Below the pieces are notes generated by a model, which searched no databases, was not told where the DNA came from, and saw nothing but the letters and a program-made list of their open reading frames with translations. Position numbers and translations under genes: made by a program. Positions 10,138 to 19,168 of a DNA stretch of 64,000 nucleotides are shown here, piece after piece; position 1 is the first letter of the stretch, and every line of letters starts with the position of its first letter. Origin of the DNA: Acholeplasmataceae bacterium (GTDB lineage Bacteria > Bacillota_I > Bacilli_A > Acholeplasmatales > Acholeplasmataceae); assembly GCA_963667565.1 (NCBI GenBank), contig OY763415.1, forward strand, positions 384,001 through 448,000, in the 5' to 3' direction.

Positions 10138-11319
10138 ATGTTTAACTTATTCAATAGATTTGCATATTTATATGGAAATGAGGAAAATCCAAAAGTAGAT
10201 AGTACTAAAGATTACTATAAAGTATTTAAACAAATAAAACAAGAATTGATGTTCCATGTTGGTTCTAGATATTTAGTTGGTGCATCGGTAGGTGCAACTA
10301 ATAGAACATTTACTCCCTGGTTTGCGCTATACAATACTAAGATTACTCGATCTGCAAGGCATGGATTATATGTTGTTTTTTTAATGAAAAAAGATATGAG
10401 TGGATTCTACTTGACATTAAATCAAGGGATTACATATTTTGAAGAAAGATACAAACCAAATCAGTATTTATTTGCTAAAAAAGTATCTTTGTACTTTCAA
10501 GAACAAATAGAATCTTCAAACTTTGATAAAGCTGATATTGATCTAGCTGTAGATAAATCAGACATTGGGTATGGCTATCAATTCACGAACATTATTTCGA
10601 AATTTTATCCCTTTGATCATAAAAATCAAACTGATATTTATGAAGATTTAAATGAAATATTATCGATATATGATTTATTGGTTGAAAGAATGAATGGAAA
10701 TGAATACAGTGACATCATAGACATCATTATTGACAATCAAGATAACAATGATTTTTCCAATAGTTATATAGATAAAGAAATTATCGAAGAGTTAAAAAAA
10801 GACCAAAAAGATGAGAATTTGGACATCATTGATTTAAAAATGGTTGAAGTTCCTCACTCCACTAGAAAAACAACGTCTATTGAACGAACCAAATTGAGTA
10901 AAATAAAGTATCTTGAAAAAGCTGAAAAAGATATGAAGCTCGGTTATTTAGGTGAATTAGCAGTCTTCGAATTTGAGAAGCAAAGATTAACTGATTTAGG
11001 ATTAGAAACTCGCATTGATGAAATTAAATGGGTTGCAAAAGAGTTTGATGGTTATGGATACGATTTAATATCACTGGATATAATTAATGATAAAATCGTA
11101 ACAATATATATTGAAGTGAAAACAACAATTTCTAATGAAAATACTGATTTTTTTATCAGTCATAACGAAGTTTTAGCATCTGACGAATACGGAGAAAGAT
11201 ATTTTATATACAGAATTCATAATATTCAAAATAACCATGCAGATATCTATAGAATCAATGGTACAATAAGAGATAAATTTGATTTAAAACCTATTACATT
11301 TAGAGCAAAATTAAAATAA
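10138..11319 (+). CDS. McrB-N (DUF3578)-like domain fused to a DUF3883-like PD-(D/E)xK nuclease; putative modification-dependent restriction endonuclease
   Basis: N-terminal ASVG..N...TPW.A......T.SA..GLYVVFL..D.SGFYLTLNQG.T; C-terminal GELAVFEFE, DGYGYDLIS, YIEVKTT, FFISHNE and YFIYRI. Confidence 0.8.
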   Translation: MFNLFNRFAYLYGNEENPKVDSTKDYYKVFKQIKQELMFHVGSRYLVGASVGATNRTFTPWFALYNTKITRSARHGLYVVFLMKKDMSGFYLTLNQGITYFEERYKPNQYLFAKKVSLYFQEQIESSNFDKADIDLAVDKSDIGYGYQFTNIISKFYPFDHKNQTDIYEDLNEILSIYDLLVERMNGNEYSDIIDIIIDNQDNNDFSNSYIDKEIIEELKKDQKDENLDIIDLKMVEVPHSTRKTTSIERTKLSKIKYLEKAEKDMKLGYLGELAVFEFEKQRLTDLGLETRIDEIKWVAKEFDGYGYDLISLDIINDKIVTIYIEVKTTISNENTDFFISHNEVLASDEYGERYFIYRIHNIQNNHADIYRINGTIRDKFDLKPITFRAKLK

Positions 11320-11336
11320 TTTAAGGAGATAAGAGA

Positions 11337-11939
11337 ATGAAAATTTCAGTAGGTGGCATGATTGCCTCAGGTAAGTCAACATTAGTAAAAAGATTAGGGG
11401 AAGCATTAGAATTACCAGTGATGGAAGAATTTGAGAAAGATGATGAAGTATTTAATACCCTTCTAGCATGGCTTTATGAACAAAAGTCGAATGTTGAAAT
11501 GTTACTACAGATATATTTCATTCATAATCATTGGCTCAATCAACAAAAATATGAAAGTAACTTTATTGTTGATAGAGATTTAATTGAACATTGGTTGTTT
11601 GCACAACACAATCTTCAAAAAATGCCAACAATCATGAACATGTATAATGGCGTATTCCATGCATACATGAATCAAGTGAAGAAAGCTGATTTATATATCA
11701 TCTTAGATGTAGATTGGGATAATTTTAAGGATCGTGTTTTACATAGAGGACGCGAACAAGAAATTGAAAACTTTGATAAGAATGTTGATTATTTCAAATC
11801 ACTCATTTCTGATTATGTACCAAAAGTTGAGGCACAATGTCGTGTTTATGACGTACCTCACATCATCATTAATACATCAGGTAAATCAGAAGATGAAGTC
11901 TTTGACTTAGCCATGGAAGCTATCAAAAATATAAAATGA
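11337..11939 (+). CDS. Deoxynucleoside kinase (dAK/dGK family)
   Basis: P-loop GMIASGKST, LQIYF, DR and RGREQE. Confidence 0.88.
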   Translation: MKISVGGMIASGKSTLVKRLGEALELPVMEEFEKDDEVFNTLLAWLYEQKSNVEMLLQIYFIHNHWLNQQKYESNFIVDRDLIEHWLFAQHNLQKMPTIMNMYNGVFHAYMNQVKKADLYIILDVDWDNFKDRVLHRGREQEIENFDKNVDYFKSLISDYVPKVEAQCRVYDVPHIIINTSGKSEDEVFDLAMEAIKNIK

Positions 11940-12562
11940 AACATATAGATATAAACACATGGAAAAGAAAAGAAGTCTTTAATTTCTATAAAGATTTTAA
12001 TTTTCCTAGATACCAAGTTACAGTGGAAATAGATATTAAAAAATATTATGATTATCTTAAACGTCATCACTTACCAATCTTTTTTGGAATCATGCATTTA
12101 ATATTAAGTAAAATGAATGAGATTGATAATTTTAAATATCGTATTTTAGATGAAGGGGTTATTTTACATGATACACTCCATCCATCTTTTACAGATAAAA
12201 TTAAAGATGGAGATACATTTAAGATTGTAACAGGCAAATATCTTAATGACATTAAATCGTTTTGTGATTTATCTAAAGAAATATCACAAAAACAAGGAGA
12301 CTTGTTTATTGATTTTAGAGAAGAACAAAGATCTGATTTAGTTTATGTCTCTTCATTTCCATGGGCTAAATACACACAAATCTCAAATGCGACAATGGTG
12401 GAGCCATATGATGCCATTCCTAGAATTATTTGGGGTAAATTTGAAGATATCAACGATAAGATGATGATGCCATTAACGATAGAAGTACATCATGCTCTAG
12501 TTGATGGTTATCATGTAGGGTTACTCATACAAAATATTGAGAAAACAATATCTGAAATGTAA
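11936..12562 (+). CDS. CatA-like O-acetyltransferase (chloramphenicol acetyltransferase family)
   Basis: WKRKEVFNFY, SSFPW, IPRIIWGKF and the catalytic VHHALVDGYH. Confidence 0.85.
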   Translation: MKHIDINTWKRKEVFNFYKDFNFPRYQVTVEIDIKKYYDYLKRHHLPIFFGIMHLILSKMNEIDNFKYRILDEGVILHDTLHPSFTDKIKDGDTFKIVTGKYLNDIKSFCDLSKEISQKQGDLFIDFREEQRSDLVYVSSFPWAKYTQISNATMVEPYDAIPRIIWGKFEDINDKMMMPLTIEVHHALVDGYHVGLLIQNIEKTISEM

Positions 12563-12588
12563 AAGTTGCTAAATCAGCAACTTTTTTT
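12561..12588 (+). terminator. Intrinsic terminator
   Basis: AAAAGTTGCT-aaatc-AGCAACTTTT followed by a T run. Confidence 0.8.
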
Positions 12589-12625
12589 ATCTTTATAAGA
12601 TAAACACAAAAAATGATATTTTTAG

Positions 12626-12666
12626 TGTATAATAAACTTGACAACATGTTAAATAAAATGTACAAT
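12626..12666 (+). promoter_or_regulatory. Sigma-A promoter overlapped by two tandem 18 bp pseudo-palindromic operators
   Basis: TTGACA (12638-43), 17 nt, TACAAT (12661-66); TGTATAATAAACTTGACA at 12626-43 and TGTTAAATAAAATGTACA at 12647-64. Confidence 0.7.
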
Positions 12667-12696
12667 GAGAGCGTAAACTAAAAAAGAGGTGAATGT

Positions 12697-13134
12697 ATGG
12701 CTTATCAAGTCAAAAAAAGTTATTTAAGAATCATTACAATTTTATTAGGTTTTATTTCATATAGCATTTATTTGTTTTCAAATATTGACATAAACACATT
12801 AGATTTAAAACAGTTTGGTATGTATCTATTTTTAATTGTTCCTATTCTAGTAGTATTTGAAATTGTTGGCACGATTATATTTGATCTATTTAATCAAACA
12901 GACTCTAAAAAGGAAAGACCTAAGCATATGGATGAATTTGATCGTTTAATTGAATATAAATCAGTGAGAAACTTTATGATCATATTTGTTGCTGGATTCT
13001 TTACAAGCACTTTAATCTTATGGTTATCAGCTAATTTAATGGTTGCATTTATTGTAATGTTTGTGATGATTTTCTTGTCTGGATTGATGTTACAAATCTC
13101 ATATATCAGATATTATAATCACGGGGTGTCCTAA
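12697..13134 (+). CDS. Membrane protein (DUF2178-like DE.D..I motif)
   Basis: 4 hydrophobic segments and MDEFDRLIEYKS; precedes an XRE regulator. Confidence 0.65.
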   Translation: MAYQVKKSYLRIITILLGFISYSIYLFSNIDINTLDLKQFGMYLFLIVPILVVFEIVGTIIFDLFNQTDSKKERPKHMDEFDRLIEYKSVRNFMIIFVAGFFTSTLILWLSANLMVAFIVMFVMIFLSGLMLQISYIRYYNHGVS

Positions 13135-13361
13135 TGCCTAAAAAACAAAGTCATATCAAAAATCACATCAGAACACTTAGATTTCAACATGATGAAATGT
13201 CTCAATCAACACTAAGTGATTTAATTGGAGTCTCAAGACAAACCATTGTTGCGATTGAAAAAGGTAATTACACACCATCTTTAGATATCGCATTTAAAAT
13301 TTGTAGTGTGTTTAATAAAAAAATGGAAGAAGTGTTTTACCAAGAGGAAGAAGTATCATGA
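13134..13361 (+). CDS. XRE-family HTH transcriptional regulator
   Basis: MSQSTLSDLIGVSRQTIVAIEKGNYTPSL..AFKI. Confidence 0.92.
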   Translation: MPKKQSHIKNHIRTLRFQHDEMSQSTLSDLIGVSRQTIVAIEKGNYTPSLDIAFKICSVFNKKMEEVFYQEEEVS

Positions 13362-13990
13362 CATTAAAGAAAAGAAATTTAATTGCAGGTATACTATACT
13401 TAGCACTTATTATTCCTGGACCCTTTGCATATATCATGATTCCAAGTTTGTTAGAATCACAATCAAGCATCATCAATTATGTGTCTACTCATATGTCATT
13501 AATCTATCTATGGATCTTATTAGATGTATTGATTATTGCTATTGAGATCATATTATCTTATTACTTGTTAAAGATATTTGAAGGATTTAATAAGAAATTA
13601 TCAATAGTCGCATTCATCTTAAGATTAGCAGTGGTTGCTGTGATGATCATTAATGTAGGTTTCTTATTTAATATTGTGATATCAAATGGTGTAGAAGCAC
13701 TAGCGATGATTAAAAATCATAAAACGTTTATAATGATCTGGCAACTATTCTTTAGTATTCATGTAGTATTACTAGGTTATATGATTTTTAAAGGGTTAAA
13801 GAACTATGTGAAATATTTAGGAATTATCTTAATGTTAGGTGCATTAGGTTATTTAATTGATTCACTTAACTATTTCTTTATTGACAATGAATTTTTCACA
13901 TTACTTGGCAGTTTCTTACTCGTTTTTATTACTGTTGGAGAAATTTCTATGGGTGTTGCATTACTTTTAAAGAAAATCATAAAAACATAA
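13358..13990 (+). CDS. DUF4386-like integral membrane protein
   Basis: AGILYL, LS.VAFILRL, FFSIH..LLGY, GYLIDS and VGEI; about 6-7 TM segments. Confidence 0.7.
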   Translation: MTLKKRNLIAGILYLALIIPGPFAYIMIPSLLESQSSIINYVSTHMSLIYLWILLDVLIIAIEIILSYYLLKIFEGFNKKLSIVAFILRLAVVAVMIINVGFLFNIVISNGVEALAMIKNHKTFIMIWQLFFSIHVVLLGYMIFKGLKNYVKYLGIILMLGALGYLIDSLNYFFIDNEFFTLLGSFLLVFITVGEISMGVALLLKKIIKT

Positions 13991-14015
13991 AAGAACCATC
14001 ATTTGGTTCTTTTTT
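13991..14015 (+). terminator. Intrinsic terminator
   Basis: AAGAACCA-tcatt-TGGTTCTT followed by a T run. Confidence 0.75.
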
Positions 14016-14138
14016 ATATTAAATATGAAGAAATATAGGTTTTAATCATGATAAAAAGTAATAAATATGCAATATTTTCTTAAAAATATATTCATGTAAT
14101 GCATAGTTTTCATGTAAAATAAATATAGGTGTGTATGA

Positions 14139-15365
14139 ATGAAATTAAATGAAACGATCAAAGCATTTATTATTAAACATAATCTCATCGACTTCAAAAC
14201 TAGAAATTATAAGCTATCCATTGTTGCAATGGCGCTTAATTTTTTTACTGCGGCTTTCAAGATTATCGCTGCATTTTATATTTCATCATACTTCTTAATT
14301 GTTTCAAGTATTTATTCAGTGGGTATAGGCATGACTAAACAACTCTTTTTTAGAGGTGTTTCAAGATCAAAAGAAGATCCATATAAAGAACGAAAGTATA
14401 CCATTCTCATTTATATGGCTTTATCATTATCTGCTTTAGTCTATTCTTTTTATATGATAAGACTTATCTTAATGGGTAATGATGAATTCAATTATGGTAT
14501 TGTCTTAAGTTTGCTGATTGCACTGATCTCACTCATTGAGTTTATTACTGCAATTGTTGGTTTAGTTAAATCCAATCAATTAAAAGATACCCTACTTACA
14601 GCCATTAAGATGGTCACATTAACTTCGGCATTGGTCTCAATGGCGATGGTGCAAAGTGCGATTTTAACATTTTTATCATCGACATTTCGCTTGACATATG
14701 ACTTCTACATTAGTAATGCAATCGTTGGGCTACTGGTTGGTATATCCATGAGTGCTTCATCTATCATATTATTATATAAACATGCTAAGATAAAAAGAAA
14801 ACCATTAAAAGATTTAACGATTGAAGAATTGTGGCAACTTTTTCCAATCTTCTTAGTTCCTCATCAAAAAAGGTGGGCAAAACGATTTCTAAAAGAAAAG
14901 AAATATTTATTATCACATATTAAATATAACGCAGTAAAAACCATTGAGCATATTGGAAGTACTGCAATTCCTGATATACAAGCTAAAAATATCATTGATA
15001 TTATTGTAGTCGTTGAAAAAGGGTATCAAATGAAAGATGTTGCTCATCTCTTAGAAACCATTGGTTATATTAAAATGAGTGAATCTGATCAAAGAATTTC
15101 TCTGAACAAAGGATATACAAAACATGGTTATGCAAGAGATGTATTTCATATTCATCTAAGATATCAAAATGATATTGATGAAATCTATTTTAGAGATTAT
15201 TTAATCAATCACAGGGAAGTTGCATTAGAATATGAAACATTAAAGATTGATTTATCTTTAATTTATGTTAATCATCGAGATGATTATACAGATCAGAAAA
15301 CTGAATTTGTAAAAACATATACAGAAAAAGGAAAAAAATTATATAAACAAAGAGGTGTATTATGA
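14139..15365 (+). CDS. Six-TM membrane domain fused to a GrpB (UPF0157) nucleotidyltransferase-like domain
   Basis: C-terminal LEELWQLFPI-like segment, EHIGSTAIP.IQAKNIIDI, FHIHLR, FRDYL, YE.LK and YTDQKT. Confidence 0.78.
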   Translation: MKLNETIKAFIIKHNLIDFKTRNYKLSIVAMALNFFTAAFKIIAAFYISSYFLIVSSIYSVGIGMTKQLFFRGVSRSKEDPYKERKYTILIYMALSLSALVYSFYMIRLILMGNDEFNYGIVLSLLIALISLIEFITAIVGLVKSNQLKDTLLTAIKMVTLTSALVSMAMVQSAILTFLSSTFRLTYDFYISNAIVGLLVGISMSASSIILLYKHAKIKRKPLKDLTIEELWQLFPIFLVPHQKRWAKRFLKEKKYLLSHIKYNAVKTIEHIGSTAIPDIQAKNIIDIIVVVEKGYQMKDVAHLLETIGYIKMSESDQRISLNKGYTKHGYARDVFHIHLRYQNDIDEIYFRDYLINHREVALEYETLKIDLSLIYVNHRDDYTDQKTEFVKTYTEKGKKLYKQRGVL

Positions 15366-16129
15366 CATTTGAAATGTGGTCCTTAGGACATTATGCTTTT
15401 ATGCTAAGTCCATTTATACTCACTGCTATTTTTTATTTATTATCTAGATCAAAGACTTATGAACAAAAGCGTAAGTTTGGTGTCGTTCTAAGCATCATTA
15501 TGGTCATTATTCTTATTTTAAGAAATGCTGAAATTTTAGTGACGGGTGATTTTGCGTTTAATTATGAAATTATACCTTTACAAATTTGCCATTTTGCAAA
15601 TTTTGTCTTACTATATGCATTTATAAAAGATAGTAAAGCTATGTTTGCACTAGCGCTACTATTTAATCTTCCAGCAGCATTCATGTCTATCTTATTTGCA
15701 AACTCATTAACACATTACTCAAATATATGGACACTTCGTGGTATTGCGTACATCTTTGGACATATGCTTATCGTATCAACAACCCTATGGGCATTTTTAG
15801 AAAGATTTGTTGTTTTAAATAAACAAACGTTTAAGAATACGGCATTCATTGTTTATGCACTTTATATTATTAGCGTTTTAGTCAATAATTTAATCGGATC
15901 AATCACGGGTAGCTATCCAAATTATTTTTATGCACTAAGACCAGAAGAAGGGACTCCTCTTCAGACATTTTATGATATAGGGACAACTTTTGAAATTGGT
16001 AAATTTATGATTAATCCAATTTATCTGATACTCACAGCTTTACTTGGAACAGTGATTGTTTCAATGATGTATGGATTATTCAAAGTTTTAGAGCCTAAAA
16101 AGAAAATGGTATTAGAATACAATCAGTAA
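15362..16129 (+). CDS. YwaF/TMEM164-like integral membrane protein
   Basis: IPLQICH, FGH and NYFYA..P motifs; multiple TM segments. Confidence 0.7.
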   Translation: MTFEMWSLGHYAFMLSPFILTAIFYLLSRSKTYEQKRKFGVVLSIIMVIILILRNAEILVTGDFAFNYEIIPLQICHFANFVLLYAFIKDSKAMFALALLFNLPAAFMSILFANSLTHYSNIWTLRGIAYIFGHMLIVSTTLWAFLERFVVLNKQTFKNTAFIVYALYIISVLVNNLIGSITGSYPNYFYALRPEEGTPLQTFYDIGTTFEIGKFMINPIYLILTALLGTVIVSMMYGLFKVLEPKKKMVLEYNQ

Positions 16130-16137
16130 TGACTTAT

Positions 16138-16164
16138 AGAGATGTGCAAAAGCACATCTTTTTT
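16138..16164 (+). terminator. Intrinsic terminator
   Basis: AGATGTGC-aaaa-GCACATCT followed by a T run. Confidence 0.8.
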
Positions 16165-16288
16165 ATTTTTATAATATGTAAAACCATGTGTAAGTTATGT
16201 AAAATAATGCGTTATATATATATTAAAGATTAAAATTATGATATGCTTTAATTAATAAAATTAAGAACATAAATAAAGGGACATTTTT

Positions 16289-17317
16289 ATGAAGTTAATC
16301 AGTTTTGTTGTGCCAGCGTATAACTCAGAAAAATATTTAAATACTTGTATTGATTCATTATTATTTGATTTAGATAAAATTGAAATTATTATTGTAAATG
16401 ATGGTTCAAAAGATAATACAATCAAAATTGCAGAAGCATATAAACATATGTATCCAAATACTGTTAAAGTGATTAATAAACTCAATGGTGGACATGGATC
16501 TGGGATTAATGCGGGATTGGAAATGGCGACGGGTCTTTATTTTAAAGTCGTTGACTCAGATGATTGGATGGATGTTGAAAACACTAAATATTTAGTGAAT
16601 AAAATTTCTCAACTAAAAGATTTAGAACAATCACCAGATGTATTCATCTCAGATTTTATTTATGAACATGTTGAAGATCAAACGCATTTTATTAGATCTT
16701 ATAAAGACTATTTTATTCATGAACAAATCACAACTTGGAATGATTCACTAAAGAAATTTAGATTATCAGCTACGCTTTTAATGCATGCACTTACCTATAA
16801 GACACAAGTATTAAGAACATGTGGATTACAGCTACCAGAACATACGTTTTATGTGGATAATATTTTTGCATATCAACCACTAGCACATACAACATATATA
16901 TACTATATTCCTAAAGTCATGTATCACTACTATATCGGTAGAGCAGATCAATCTGTTCAAATGCATCATATTGTGAATCGCTATGATCAACAAATAAGAG
17001 TGATGAGACATATCATGTATGCGTATAACTATAAACAACTTTCTCATATGCCTAAAGGCTTAAAACAATACATGTTTCATAATCTAGCAATTATTATGGT
17101 TGTCACACAAATGTTTACAACTGCTAAGGATACTAAAGAAAGAAGAGATGCACTAGCATCACTTTGGAAAGACTTAAAGAGTTATGATAGAAAAATGTAT
17201 TATTATTTAAAATATAGATCTTATAATTCAATGATTAATTTCTTACCATTTAAAGCCAAAGGTTTTGTTACGACAAAAAGTTATTTATATTTAACAACAA
17301 AAGTAAAACTTGGATAG
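16289..17317 (+). CDS. Glycosyltransferase family 2
   Basis: SFVVPAYN, IIVNDGSKD, NGGHGSGIN, VVDSDD and HTFYVD. Confidence 0.92.
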   Translation: MKLISFVVPAYNSEKYLNTCIDSLLFDLDKIEIIIVNDGSKDNTIKIAEAYKHMYPNTVKVINKLNGGHGSGINAGLEMATGLYFKVVDSDDWMDVENTKYLVNKISQLKDLEQSPDVFISDFIYEHVEDQTHFIRSYKDYFIHEQITTWNDSLKKFRLSATLLMHALTYKTQVLRTCGLQLPEHTFYVDNIFAYQPLAHTTYIYYIPKVMYHYYIGRADQSVQMHHIVNRYDQQIRVMRHIMYAYNYKQLSHMPKGLKQYMFHNLAIIMVVTQMFTTAKDTKERRDALASLWKDLKSYDRKMYYYLKYRSYNSMINFLPFKAKGFVTTKSYLYLTTKVKLG

Positions 17318-17320
17318 ATC

Positions 17321-17350
17321 AAAGTCCCTTAAACTTTAGGGACTTTTTTT
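17321..17350 (+). terminator. Intrinsic terminator
   Basis: AAAGTCCCT...AGGGACTTT followed by a T run. Confidence 0.8.
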
Positions 17351-17402
17351 ATTTATGTTTATTTCATGTTAAAATAGACATATATATATAACTGAGGTTA
17401 CT

Positions 17403-18011
17403 ATGGAAACAAAATCACACATCTCAAGATATGAAAACATTGCATATCTAATCGCAAAAAAAATATATGAAGGTAAATTACCACTTGGTCAAAAACTCAG
17501 TGGTAGAACTTTGCTTTCTTCAGAGTATAATGTTTCAAGTGAAACTATAAGAAGAGCCATAAGATCACTCGCAAATTATGGTGTTGTGGAAGTGAAAGAA
17601 CAAAGTGGTGTTTTCATCATTTCAATGGAACAAGCAAAAATCTTTATGGATGACTTTAATCATAAACAGCAACAAAAAAACATTAAGGTTGAACTTATCA
17701 AATTGATTGAGGAAGAAAATAAAATACATTCTAAGCTGGATAAAACAATAAAGAATTTATTAAATTCTAAAGAATTTTTCCCATTTGATTACTTTACCAT
17801 AGAAATTTCTAAACATATGAAACACATTGGTAAGACCATTGATGAACTCGATTTTTATCAAGTCACCGGAGGTTTGATTATTGCATATGAACTAAATCAT
17901 GTGTTATATCAGATCCCTAAACCCTCCACTGAACTCATTGAAGATATGATTTTGTATGTCATGGGAGACTTAACGATTAAAAAAAATATATTAAAATTCT
18001 TCGAAGAATGA
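17403..18011 (+). CDS. busR: BusR-like repressor (GntR wHTH, coiled coil, RCK_C/TrkA-C domain)
   Basis: RYENIA..IA..I, LSGRTLLSSEYNVSSETIRRA; C-terminal GKTIDELDFYQVTGGLIIA; lies upstream of a betaine ABC transporter. Confidence 0.8.
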   Translation: METKSHISRYENIAYLIAKKIYEGKLPLGQKLSGRTLLSSEYNVSSETIRRAIRSLANYGVVEVKEQSGVFIISMEQAKIFMDDFNHKQQQKNIKVELIKLIEEENKIHSKLDKTIKNLLNSKEFFPFDYFTIEISKHMKHIGKTIDELDFYQVTGGLIIAYELNHVLYQIPKPSTELIEDMILYVMGDLTIKKNILKFFEE

Positions 18012-18012
18012 T

Positions 18013-18042
18013 AAGGATAGAGAACGCTTTCTATCCTTTTTT
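18013..18042 (+). terminator. Intrinsic terminator after busR
   Basis: AAGGATAGA...TCTATCCTT followed by a T run. Confidence 0.8.
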
Positions 18043-18054
18043 ATTACTTAAACC

Positions 18055-18092
18055 TTTACTAACTGACAACCCTATGATATAATAAGGGTTGT
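18055..18092 (+). promoter_or_regulatory. Promoter of the betaine ABC operon, with an inverted repeat flanking the -10 box
   Basis: TTTACT (18055-60), 17 nt, TATAAT (18078-83) with extended TG; ACAACCCT (18066-73) / AGGGTTGT (18085-92). Confidence 0.7.
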
Positions 18093-18114
18093 AAAATAGA
18101 GAAAGAAGAGGAAT

Positions 18115-19110
18115 GTGAAAATGAGACTTTTTAAGAAGTTTTTTTTATTAATGTTTGCTGCGTTAACAGTATTTTCTGTTGCAGCTTGTCAATATGAATC
18201 AAATACTATTTATATTGCAGAAGGAGATTGGGATAGCAATAGATTTTATAATGATGTTGTAGAATTTATTCTAGAAAACGGTTATGGTGAAGATGTTGAA
18301 ATCACTGAAATCGGTACTCAAGGTATGGTTTTAGGACTTACTGATGGTTCTATTGATTTAAATGTAGAAACGTGGAGTGAAAACATGGCAACTTATCAGT
18401 CTGATATAGAAGCTGGATATTACGAAGAACTAGGTGTTAACTTTAATGATAATTATCAAGGTTTATATATTCCACAATATATTAAGGATGCGAATCCTGG
18501 TTTAGTTTCTGTTGATGATTTGGTTAACTACAAGTCACTATTTCCAGATCCTGAAGTCACTTCATGGAATGCTGAAACAGATAAGGCTGTTGTTTATGGT
18601 GGGCCATCATCTTGGTCAATCACTGAATTTTTCAAAAAGAAATTTGAAAATACAGATGTTTACCCAGATTTAGTTGCTAATTTTGAATTTAGACCACTTG
18701 AAAGTACTGCAACACTTAATACAACGATCGTTAGTGCTTTTAACAATCAAAGTGCTTGGGTGGGTTACTATTGGGAACCAACAGATATTATGGGTTTATA
18801 TGATATGTATTTATTAGAAGATAACCATGATTATAATGTAGATACGGGTGTAGGATTTGTGCCAACAAATAATGTAACCATTGTTGCAACTTCTGGATTT
18901 AAAGATGCTTATCCAGATGCAGCGACATTCTTATCTAAGATGCATACATCATCATCAGTTGTTAATGCAGTCCTTGCATACATGGTAGAAAATGATTTAG
19001 AAACTTATGATGCAGCTGTTTGGTGGTTAGATAATAATGAAGCTATGTGGAGTCAATGGGTAACTGCTGACGCACAAACTAAAATTAGAGAAGCACTAGA
19101 TGCTTTATAA
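18115..19110 (+). CDS. Glycine betaine/proline ABC transporter substrate-binding lipoprotein (ProX/OpuAC type)
   Basis: Lipobox VAAC; WDS..F.N.V..FILENGYG, ETWSEN and GYYWEPT. Confidence 0.88.
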   Translation: MKMRLFKKFFLLMFAALTVFSVAACQYESNTIYIAEGDWDSNRFYNDVVEFILENGYGEDVEITEIGTQGMVLGLTDGSIDLNVETWSENMATYQSDIEAGYYEELGVNFNDNYQGLYIPQYIKDANPGLVSVDDLVNYKSLFPDPEVTSWNAETDKAVVYGGPSSWSITEFFKKKFENTDVYPDLVANFEFRPLESTATLNTTIVSAFNNQSAWVGYYWEPTDIMGLYDMYLLEDNHDYNVDTGVGFVPTNNVTIVATSGFKDAYPDAATFLSKMHTSSSVVNAVLAYMVENDLETYDAAVWWLDNNEAMWSQWVTADAQTKIREALDAL

Positions 19111-19168
19111 ATACCAAAACATATGCAGCGGAGACTCGCTGCATATTTATTAGAAAGAGGAGGATATT

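Noticed and set aside
14085..16205. Short ATGTAA repeats upstream of 14139 and 16289 as regulator sites
   Set aside because: Too short and AT-rich to distinguish from chance
19121..19146. Hairpin ATATGCAGCG-gagact-CGCTGCATAT as an sRNA or REP element
   Set aside because: Single copy; best explained as the usual stabilising stem-loop after an SBP gene
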